This document shows positions 36,054 to 43,538 of a DNA stretch of 43,538 nucleotides, piece by piece. Source of the stretch: Hanamia sp. (GTDB taxonomy: Bacteria > Bacteroidota > Bacteroidia > Chitinophagales > Chitinophagaceae); the NCBI GenBank assembly GCA_036566285.1, contig DATCWN010000146.1, positions 1 to 43,538 of the forward strand. The letters are read 5' to 3'. Under the pieces are notes generated by a model that was not told the origin of the DNA, searched no databases, and was given only the letters and a program-made list of their open reading frames with translations. Every line of letters begins with the position of its first letter. Positions within the stretch are counted from its first letter, which is position 1. Position numbers and translations under genes: made by a program.

Positions 36054-37121
36054 ATGAAGAGAATTGAGGAAACTAAAGTCAACAAAAATGTAGTGCGCTG
36101 GCTTTATTTTGGAGTCTTTATGTTGATGGTTCAAATTTTATTAGGCGGAATTACCAGGCTTACCGAATCCGGATTAAGCATTACAGAATGGAAACCGATA
36201 ACAGGAGCGTTACCTCCATTGAATACCGCGCAATGGCAACTGGAATTTGATAAATATAAAAACACGGACCAGTTCAGGTATATCCATGCCGATTTTACTC
36301 TAAGCGATTTTAAATCTATTTTTTTTTGGGAATGGTTTCATCGTACCTGGGCGCGCCTGATGGGCATTGTGTTTTTAATTGGATTTTTTTATTTCTTAAT
36401 AAAAAAACAGTTCAGGCAAAACATGATCATCCCTTTTATTATCCTGTTTCTTTTAGGAATGATACAAGGCGCCATCGGCTGGATCATGGTGCAAAGCGGG
36501 CTGGTACCCGAAAAAATGTTTGTGGGCCACGTGCAGCTTGCCACTCATTTTATGGCTGCGCTGCTTTTACTTTGTTATACTTTTTGGTTTGCCCTCAGTG
36601 TATCTATTCCTCCAATGGAAATCACCATCAATAATTCTTTGCGAAAACTAACTCTTGTTATTTTCGGCGTTTTATTTTTCCAACTAATTTATGGAGCATT
36701 TATGGCAGGTTTGCATGCGGCCACCTCCGCGCCTACATGGCCCACCATAAACGGGCAATGGTTCCCGGATGTGATGAATCGTTTGTCGCCGGGGTGGAAA
36801 AATATTTTGGATAATAAAATTACAGTTCAGTTTATCCATCGTGGGTTGGCTTATATGCTTTTAATTATGGTAATTTTCTGGTGGTTGAAAGCCAAAAAAA
36901 TAAAGGGAAACATTTTGTTTAATAAAACAAAATTCATTCCGGCAGGGCTTATTTTACTGCAGGTAATTTTAGGGATATTAACCGTAACGCTTTCCCCTTA
37001 TGGCAATAACTTAGTCTGGTTTGGCGTTGCACATCAATTGGTAGCCATGTTATTTTTGATGTCAATCATTTTGATGTTGTATCTTATCAGGTCAAATAAA
37101 TTATTAAAAAGAAATACTTAA
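36054..37121 (+). CDS. ctaA: Heme A synthase (COX15/CtaA)
   Basis: GGITRLTESGLSITEWKP, FFWEWFHR, QGAIGW.MV.SGL, HF, QFIHR, HQ; TAACTTTG at 35980-35987 supports the 36054 start. Confidence 0.92.
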   Translation: MKRIEETKVNKNVVRWLYFGVFMLMVQILLGGITRLTESGLSITEWKPITGALPPLNTAQWQLEFDKYKNTDQFRYIHADFTLSDFKSIFFWEWFHRTWARLMGIVFLIGFFYFLIKKQFRQNMIIPFIILFLLGMIQGAIGWIMVQSGLVPEKMFVGHVQLATHFMAALLLLCYTFWFALSVSIPPMEITINNSLRKLTLVIFGVLFFQLIYGAFMAGLHAATSAPTWPTINGQWFPDVMNRLSPGWKNILDNKITVQFIHRGLAYMLLIMVIFWWLKAKKIKGNILFNKTKFIPAGLILLQVILGILTVTLSPYGNNLVWFGVAHQLVAMLFLMSIILMLYLIRSNKLLKRNT

Positions 37122-37144
37122 AAGACGATTCGCAACACGCTTCT

Positions 37145-39370
37145 ATGAAAACATTTTCCAGGAATTTTTATTATTCATTTCCCATCCAGTTATTGCTTCT
37201 CCACTTTAGGAAGTCGCAAATATTATTGGGTTTCTGGCTGGTACTTTTCTTAACGCTTACGGGAAATTTTATGAGAATTTTTGGCGCCAATGCGTTGTTC
37301 CTGGCTCCGGAATATTTGGGAAGTGCAAATGCTGCGGGCGCTGCCATTGTTGGCATTGCCACTGGTATTTTTATGATGAGCTGGAATATTACCACATTTA
37401 TTTTGCACAGCAGCAGGTTCCGCTTTCTGGCTACCACTTCAAAACCGTTTTTAAAATATTGTTTAAATAATGCCATTATCCCGATTGTTTTTTTGATCGT
37501 TTATTTTTGGGAAGCTTTGCATTATGATACTGTAAACGAATTGATTCCGTTATCACAATTTCTTGCAATTGCGGGCGGTTTTGTAGGTGGGCTATTTCTT
37601 CTGATCCTTATTTCTTTTGCGTATTTTTTTACTGCCGACAGAAGAATTGTAAGAGCCTTCAAACCCGGTTTTGTTGAATTTGATGAAAATAAAAACGTGA
37701 ATAAATCCGGGGAAAACTCCGAAGAGAATAATTTTGGATTGCCGGTGGGGTTTTATTTAAATTCCTATTTTAGATTTAGAAAGGCGAGACCGGTAGGGCA
37801 TTATAGCCAGTCGTTTTTAGACATTATTTTTAAAAGGCATCACTTTTCTGCAATGGTTACCATATTACTGGCCTTTATTTTTATGCTGTTCATTGCTTTT
37901 TTTCTGGATGAAAGAATTTTTCAGGTACCGGCGGCGGCAAGCATACTTATCATGTTTGCGATTATGGTGGCAGTGATAGGTGCGCTCTCCTATTTCCTGG
38001 GGAGTTGGAGTTTATTATTCGTCATTTTTCTTTTTGTAGTACTCAATTCTCTTTACCAATACGACATTATAGATCCCCGCAACAAAGCCTACGGTATTGA
38101 TTATACCAATAAAAGCAGACCGGAATATTCTCTGCATCATCTTAGCACATTAAACACTCCGGATAAAATACAGGCGGATAAAAATAATATGCTTGGTATT
38201 TTAAACCGCTGGAAAGAAAAACAGCAGGAAGAAAAACCCCTGATGGTGCTTTTTAATTTCAGTGGCGGAGGATTAAGAGGCGCCAGCTTTTCAATGAATG
38301 TTTTACAGGAACTGGATAGCGCCACCAACGGAATGCTAATGAAAAAAACGATGCTGATGAGCGGGGCTTCCGGAGGCATGCTGGCCGCGGCATATTTTCG
38401 GGAGCTGGCCCGGTTAAAAGAAAACGGCGCTAACATTAATCTTCACAGCAGCGAATACCTGGAAAACATTTCTGAAGATCTGTTAAATCCAGTATTTTCT
38501 TCCCTGATAGCCCGTGATCTCATTTCTCCGTCTCAGAAATTTTTATATGGGAATCAACGTTATGTAAAAGACAGGGGCTATGCTTTTGAAGAAAAATTAG
38601 ACAGGAATACAGGGGGGCTTTTAAATAAAAACATCGGTTTTTACAAACAGGCCGAAAGCCAGGCCGCCATTCCCCTGATGATTTTAAATTCTGTGGTAAC
38701 AAGGGATTTAAAAAAAATGATGATCTGTACACAGCCGCTAAGCTTTATGATGCAGGAAGAATTTAAAGACAGCACTTCAAGAATGACCGGCCCTGATGCC
38801 ATTGACTTTGCGGCCTTATTTGCAAACGACGACCCCATGAATTTAAGGATGCTTACGGCGTTGCGGATGAATGCCACTTACCCGTATGTGCTGCCTGCTG
38901 TGTGGCTCCCATCCAACCCGGTAATTGATGTGATGGATGCAGGGCTGAGGGATAATAACGGCCAGGAAACCACGCTTCGTTTTTTACATGTGTTTAAAGA
39001 TTGGATCAATCAAAACACCAGCGGCGTTTTAATAATACAGATTCGCTCGCGACAGAAAGGAAGCTGGGATGACACCTATAAAAACGGAGGTATTTCTGAA
39101 ATAGTAACCCGCCCGTTCACCATGCTGCAAACGAACTGGTTTATGTTGCAGGATTATTTCCAGGATGATGAAATTACTTATGCCCAAAGCTTTTTAGGCA
39201 GCCCTCTTCATAGGGTTGCTTTTAGTTACCTGCCGGAAAATGAACAAAGCGGCGCCACGCTTAATTTTCATCTAACGGCAAATGAAAAAAAGGAAGTCCG
39301 CTCTTCCTTAAAGAGGCAAAATAATGTGGAAGCCTTTGAGCAGGTGAAATTAATATTGCAAAATAAATAA
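37145..39370 (+). CDS. Multi-pass membrane protein with a C-terminal patatin-like phospholipase domain
   Basis: Several N-terminal TM helices; SGGGLRG oxyanion motif, GASGG nucleophile, DAG motif. Confidence 0.8.
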   Translation: MKTFSRNFYYSFPIQLLLLHFRKSQILLGFWLVLFLTLTGNFMRIFGANALFLAPEYLGSANAAGAAIVGIATGIFMMSWNITTFILHSSRFRFLATTSKPFLKYCLNNAIIPIVFLIVYFWEALHYDTVNELIPLSQFLAIAGGFVGGLFLLILISFAYFFTADRRIVRAFKPGFVEFDENKNVNKSGENSEENNFGLPVGFYLNSYFRFRKARPVGHYSQSFLDIIFKRHHFSAMVTILLAFIFMLFIAFFLDERIFQVPAAASILIMFAIMVAVIGALSYFLGSWSLLFVIFLFVVLNSLYQYDIIDPRNKAYGIDYTNKSRPEYSLHHLSTLNTPDKIQADKNNMLGILNRWKEKQQEEKPLMVLFNFSGGGLRGASFSMNVLQELDSATNGMLMKKTMLMSGASGGMLAAAYFRELARLKENGANINLHSSEYLENISEDLLNPVFSSLIARDLISPSQKFLYGNQRYVKDRGYAFEEKLDRNTGGLLNKNIGFYKQAESQAAIPLMILNSVVTRDLKKMMICTQPLSFMMQEEFKDSTSRMTGPDAIDFAALFANDDPMNLRMLTALRMNATYPYVLPAVWLPSNPVIDVMDAGLRDNNGQETTLRFLHVFKDWINQNTSGVLIIQIRSRQKGSWDDTYKNGGISEIVTRPFTMLQTNWFMLQDYFQDDEITYAQSFLGSPLHRVAFSYLPENEQSGATLNFHLTANEKKEVRSSLKRQNNVEAFEQVKLILQNK

Positions 39371-39476
39371 AGGCATCTTCATTAAAACAAATTATGGATA
39401 CACGAAGGGGTGTTCCTTGCGGCACTCCGTATTCAAGCTATTATCATGTCATCCCTTTGCGGATTTAGGGGCTTCA

Positions 39477-40532
39477 TCAATTCATTTGAAAATTAGGATT
39501 GCTATGTAACGCTTCATCTTCATGCAATTTCAATTCCCATTTCCAGGCGGTGGCCATCATTTCATCTAAAGAATATTTCGGATCCCAATGTAACTTTTCT
39601 TTGGCCAGAGAATTGTTGGCATAAATGGCCATAATATCGCCCGGCCTGCGCGGGCCTATTTTGTAATTGAGTTTTTTGCCGCTTACTTTTTCAAAAGCAT
39701 GAATAGCTTCCAGGACAGAAACGCCATTCCCCGTGCCCAAATTATACACTTCACATTTTGCTACATTTTTATTTTCCAATAAATGCTGCAATGCAAGCGT
39801 ATGTGCATGGGCAATATCACACACATGAATGTAATCGCGTATGCAGGAGCCGTCTCTTGTAGGATAATCATCACCATAAACTGTAACCTGCGGTAATTTT
39901 CCAATGCCCGTTTGTGTAATAGCAGGGACAAGATTTTCCGGCTTCCCTACCGGCAGCTCGCCTATCAGCGCCGTAGGATGCGCGCCCACAGGATTAAAAT
40001 ACCTTAATAATACACTTTGCATTTCTATGGAAGCGGTTACATCTTTTACTATTTGCTCGCCCATTTGCTTGGTAGCGCCATAAGGAGATTCAGAAGGCTT
40101 TATGGGTGATTCTTCTGTAACAGGTATTTCATCGGGGCTGCCATACACGGTGCATGATGACGAAAAAATAAAATGCGGCACTTTAAATTCTGTAGCGCAT
40201 TTTAAAATATTGATGAGAGAAAATAAATTGTTTTCAAAGTACATTAATGGCTTTTCAACCGATTCGCCAACGGCTTTATATGCCGCGAAATGTATAATGC
40301 CTTTTATATCTTTATTTTCCTGGAAGATGGCGTAGGTGTCATCAAAATTGCAGAGATCTACTTTATAATTCTTAACGCTAACACCTGTTATTTTTTTAAT
40401 TCCTTTGAGCAAGGCGTCTGTGGATCTGGAATTATTATCTACACAAATGGGATCGAATCCATTTTCAATAAGATCAACAATAGTATGTGCGCCAATGTAT
40501 CCGCAACCGCCGGTAACTAATATTTTATTCAT
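39477..40532 (-). CDS. galE: UDP-glucose 4-epimerase
   Basis: TGGCGYIG, HFAAYKAVGES, FSSSCTVYG, YGATK, LRYFNP.GAH, RDYIHV. Confidence 0.96.
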   Translation of the reverse strand: MNKILVTGGCGYIGAHTIVDLIENGFDPICVDNNSRSTDALLKGIKKITGVSVKNYKVDLCNFDDTYAIFQENKDIKGIIHFAAYKAVGESVEKPLMYFENNLFSLINILKCATEFKVPHFIFSSSCTVYGSPDEIPVTEESPIKPSESPYGATKQMGEQIVKDVTASIEMQSVLLRYFNPVGAHPTALIGELPVGKPENLVPAITQTGIGKLPQVTVYGDDYPTRDGSCIRDYIHVCDIAHAHTLALQHLLENKNVAKCEVYNLGTGNGVSVLEAIHAFEKVSGKKLNYKIGPRRPGDIMAIYANNSLAKEKLHWDPKYSLDEMMATAWKWELKLHEDEALHSNPNFQMN

Positions 40533-40577
40533 GTTACAAAGTAAGGAAATACTTCTATATGGCCGTTCAAAAATGTA

Positions 40578-41771
40578 TTAAATGAAAAGATGTACAATGT
40601 AATAAACGCCGCAAGCAAGTAAGCCACTGATTGGAATGGTAATGATCCATGCCCATAATAAGTTAACTGTAATGCCCCATCTAACTGCCGACAATCTTTT
40701 AGTAGCACCAACGCCTATGATGGAACCCGCAATGGTATGGGTACTACTCACAGGAATTTTCAGTGCTTCTGTTACAAATAAAGTGATGGCGCCCGCGGTT
40801 TCTGCGGCCACGCCTTCAAACGGCGTCACTTTTGTAATTTTTGTTCCCATTGTCTTAATGATCTTCCATCCGCCGCTTAATGTTCCCAATGCAATGGCTG
40901 AGTAACATGATATAGGAACCCATACCGGCATTTGATCGAAAGATTGAATAGTGCCATGGGCAATTAGAGCCGCGGTAATAATGCCCATTACTTTTTGCGC
41001 ATCGTTTCCGCCATGGCCCAGGCTGAATGCCGCAGAAGATAAAAGCTGCAATCTTTTGAACCACTTATTGGCTTTTGCAGTGTTTAATGTGTTCAGGTAA
41101 AAAGTGAACACAGCCATTATGATCAATATAAAAGCGAGTAAAACAAATTTAAAATTGGAATGAAAAAAAATAACCCTCAGGTAATAATTGGTATAATGGG
41201 AAACAATTTTCGCATTATCTGTTTCTAAAATCTGGCTGAGAAAAATAATTACAAAAGCGATTACTCCGAGGGAAATAATTTTAGGAATATGGCCTTTTCT
41301 AAAAGAATTAATAAACCATAAAGAGATAATGTATGCCATGATCATACCCACAATAGGAGCTATAAAAATAAACCCTGCTATTTTTATAATAGGCTCAGGA
41401 TTTACAGAATTAAATCCGGCGTGAGCGATAGCCGCTCCCGCAAAACCGCCAATCAGGGCGTGCGAGGAAGAAGAAGGAATACCAAACCACCAGGTAAGAA
41501 GATTCCACAGAATGGCAGCAACAAGGCCAGCGAAAACAACGGGTAATGTAATAAAATCCTGCTTCACGGTATTGGCGATAGTGTTGGCTACGCCATGTTC
41601 TTTAAAAATAAAAAAAGCGGCAAAGTTGAAAAGTGCCGCCCACATTACCGCCTGGAAAGGAGTAAGAACTTTCGTGGAAACTATGGTTGCTATGGAGTTG
41701 GCAGCGTCATGAAATCCATTTATGTAATCAAAAATTAAGGCTAAAGCAATAATCGTTATAAGAAAAGTCAT
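40578..41771 (-). CDS. pit: PiT family inorganic phosphate transporter
   Basis: NGFHDAANSIAT, GIPSSSSHA, HGGNDAQK, PVSSTH signatures. Confidence 0.93.
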   Translation of the reverse strand: MTFLITIIALALIFDYINGFHDAANSIATIVSTKVLTPFQAVMWAALFNFAAFFIFKEHGVANTIANTVKQDFITLPVVFAGLVAAILWNLLTWWFGIPSSSSHALIGGFAGAAIAHAGFNSVNPEPIIKIAGFIFIAPIVGMIMAYIISLWFINSFRKGHIPKIISLGVIAFVIIFLSQILETDNAKIVSHYTNYYLRVIFFHSNFKFVLLAFILIIMAVFTFYLNTLNTAKANKWFKRLQLLSSAAFSLGHGGNDAQKVMGIITAALIAHGTIQSFDQMPVWVPISCYSAIALGTLSGGWKIIKTMGTKITKVTPFEGVAAETAGAITLFVTEALKIPVSSTHTIAGSIIGVGATKRLSAVRWGITVNLLWAWIITIPISGLLACGVYYIVHLFI

Positions 41772-41776
41772 ATTTT

Positions 41777-41843
41777 AATTCGATAATGTGCCAATTCGAT
41801 AATGTGCTATTAGCATATTGCCTATTTGGCTAATCAGCATATT
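41777..41843. repeat. Octamer array in two opposed orientations
   Basis: aattcgat aatgtgcc aattcgat aatgtgct, then agcatatt gcctattt ggctaatc agcatatt (reverse-complement units). Confidence 0.7.
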
Positions 41844-41845
41844 AA

Positions 41846-42493
41846 TTAAGCGTATTTAATAATAATGGACTCAATTACGTTGGCCGCGTCTTCGCACTTG
41901 TCGGTTACAATTTCCATTACCTGGTAAATTTCTCTTTTCTTAATCACTTCTTTTGCATCAGGCTCGGTTTCAAAAAGCTGCTCGATACTCATATCAAACA
42001 AGTCGTCAGCCTGGTTTTCAATACTATTAATAGCTACCATGGCATCGGTAATTTTCCGGAGGTTTTTCATATCTCGTAATTCAGTTACTGCCTTGCGTAC
42101 TTCTGTGCAGCTCGCCAATATCAATTCAGCAAATTTGTGAAAGGTAGAGTCGTCCGGATTTACTTTGTAAAAATTTATTTTTTTTGCTGAAGCATAAATA
42201 TAATCACAGATGTCGTCAAGCGAGGTAGCGAGATAATGGATGTCTTCACGGTCGAAAGGAGTGATAAAATTTCTGCCGAGTTCGGTAAAAATGCGATGAG
42301 TATAATCGTCATTTACGTGTTCGAAGTCTTCAATTTCTTTGATTAAAGCCGTTCTTTTTTCAAAATCTTTTTCATGAACCACTTCATTTAGTTTTGCCGC
42401 CATTTGAATTACGGTTTCAGAAACATTTTCAAACAACTGGAAAAAAATTTTATCCTTGGGCAAAAAGATTTTTAAAATAGAATTAAATGCCAT
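41846..42493 (-). CDS. DUF47 (PhoU-like) phosphate transport regulator
   Basis: EH..D...H.I...L...FITPFDREDI..LA..LDDI.D, IENQAD, E...DKCED; upstream of pit. Confidence 0.93.
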   Translation of the reverse strand: MAFNSILKIFLPKDKIFFQLFENVSETVIQMAAKLNEVVHEKDFEKRTALIKEIEDFEHVNDDYTHRIFTELGRNFITPFDREDIHYLATSLDDICDYIYASAKKINFYKVNPDDSTFHKFAELILASCTEVRKAVTELRDMKNLRKITDAMVAINSIENQADDLFDMSIEQLFETEPDAKEVIKKREIYQVMEIVTDKCEDAANVIESIIIKYA

Positions 42494-42634
42494 TTATTTA
42501 GTTTGGCGCAAAAGTAATACTATCCTTATTGAAATGAGCCTTTTTGTAGTTGGAAATAATTTCTTAATAAAGAAATCAACGCTTTTGAAAAAAGTATCTA
42601 AGGAAAAATTGCTTCATGCGCGTTTCTTCATTTA

Positions 42635-42690
42635 TTAATATAAACTTAATGTAGCCTTAAACTTCCCGTAAGATTAATCTATTAATTTTG
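42635..42690 (+). promoter_or_regulatory. 11-bp-periodic direct repeats (pho-box-like) and -7 box
   Basis: ttaat 42635, ttaat 42646, ttaaa 42657, gtaag 42668; TAATTTTG at 42683-42690. Confidence 0.5.
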
Positions 42691-42702
42691 CATTCGAAAT
42701 TT

Positions 42703-43538
42703 ATGAAAAAAATACAATTAAACAAGAAGAGCCTTTTATTATGTCTATCGGTTTTTCTATTGCTGGCGTCATTGCCTGTAAAAGCCCAGCAGGACACTAC
42801 CAAAACAAAAGAGGAATTTAAACCTTCCGGAAAGCTTTGGGGATATGCTTTTGGTGATTATGCTTACAAGCTTCATGCAGATTCTGCATTAAGAGGGAGT
42901 GTTCAATATTCCAAACTTGCTAAAAATTATAATTCATTCAACTTTCGCCGCATTTATTTGGGATACGATTATAACTTCTCTCCAAATATTTCTTCTCAGT
43001 TGTTGCTGGCACATGAATCTTCTTTTGAAGCCAATCCGGATAATGCCGATGTGGTAACTAATAATAACAGGTCAGTGTTTATCAAAGCGATGAACATCCA
43101 ATTCAAGAATGTAATTCCACGGGCAACTATAATTGCGGGGCAGCAGTCCACTCCCACCTTTGCTACTTTAACAGACGCGGTTTGGGGTTATCGCTCTGTC
43201 GAAAAATCTATAACAGATATGAGGGGTATTTCAAGTTCTACTGATTTAGGGCTTGGAGTTTTTGGTAAAATTGGCAAAGAAGAAAATGTGGGTTATGATG
43301 TTTTAATTGGCAACAGCAATGGAGCTAAATTGGAGAATAATAATTTCAAGAAAATTTACACTTCTCTCTATGCCTATTTCCTTGATAAAAAATTAGTGAT
43401 ACAGGGAAACTTTGAACACGATAGAAAAGCTTTGCATCCTTTGAGTAAAGAGATAACAACGTTTAAAGCATTCGCAGCCTATAAAACTTCCAAAACCACT
43501 ATCGGCGCAGAAGCTTTTAAACAATTACAAACCAATAA
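42703..43538 (+). CDS. Outer-membrane porin-like beta-barrel protein (possibly phosphate-selective), 3'-truncated
   Basis: Not in the ORF track because it has no stop in the window. Reads MKKIQLNKKSLLLCLSVFLLLASLPVKA-QQ..GKLWGYAFGDY..FNFRRIYLGYDYNF..FIK..WGYRSVEK..DLG; divergent from DUF47-pit. Confidence 0.75.
   Translation, partial: MKKIQLNKKSLLLCLSVFLLLASLPVKAQQDTTKTKEEFKPSGKLWGYAFGDYAYKLHADSALRGSVQYSKLAKNYNSFNFRRIYLGYDYNFSPNISSQLLLAHESSFEANPDNADVVTNNNRSVFIKAMNIQFKNVIPRATIIAGQQSTPTFATLTDAVWGYRSVEKSITDMRGISSSTDLGLGVFGKIGKEENVGYDVLIGNSNGAKLENNNFKKIYTSLYAYFLDKKLVIQGNFEHDRKALHPLSKEITTFKAFAAYKTSKTTIGAEAFKQLQTN

Noticed and set aside
625-42638. Numerous 60-150 aa ORFs antisense to or nested in recognised genes (e.g. 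2099-2557, 11658-11984, 28875-29294, 35248-35565)
   Set aside because: Shadow ORFs of well-supported genes, with no recognisable motifs.

Overview
AT-rich chromosomal segment of a Bacteroidota bacterium, probably Chitinophagaceae-like (inferred from a T9SS C-terminal sorting domain, a TonB receptor and many TAnnTTTG -7 promoter boxes). Most genes are housekeeping or metabolic: ligD (5'-truncated), an MsbA-like ABC exporter, rbfA, a LolC/E permease, radA, comF-like, obgE, a phenylacetate cluster (paaE-A-B-C-D-G-I-Y), ligA, marC, lrp/asnC, rnhB, ctaA, galE, pit/DUF47 and a 3'-truncated porin-like gene. Two elements stand out. (1) A 174-nt tRNA-like RNA (31701-31874, - strand) has a GUC anticodon, G73, U1-A72 and a ~102-nt structured insertion in the variable arm. 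It has its own promoter and terminator and is divergent from an AsnC/Lrp regulator. (2) An ORF6N gene sits between paaA and paaB; its internal 27-bp palindrome (encoding LRSQIATS) is repeated three times in its upstream non-coding DNA. Also seen: candidate small RNAs, REP-like C/G hairpins fused into gene 3' ends, short 7-9-mer arrays at gene junctions, a CYTH-UPF0158 fusion and a pho-box-like 11-bp repeat. All calls come from reading the sequence; no searches were run.
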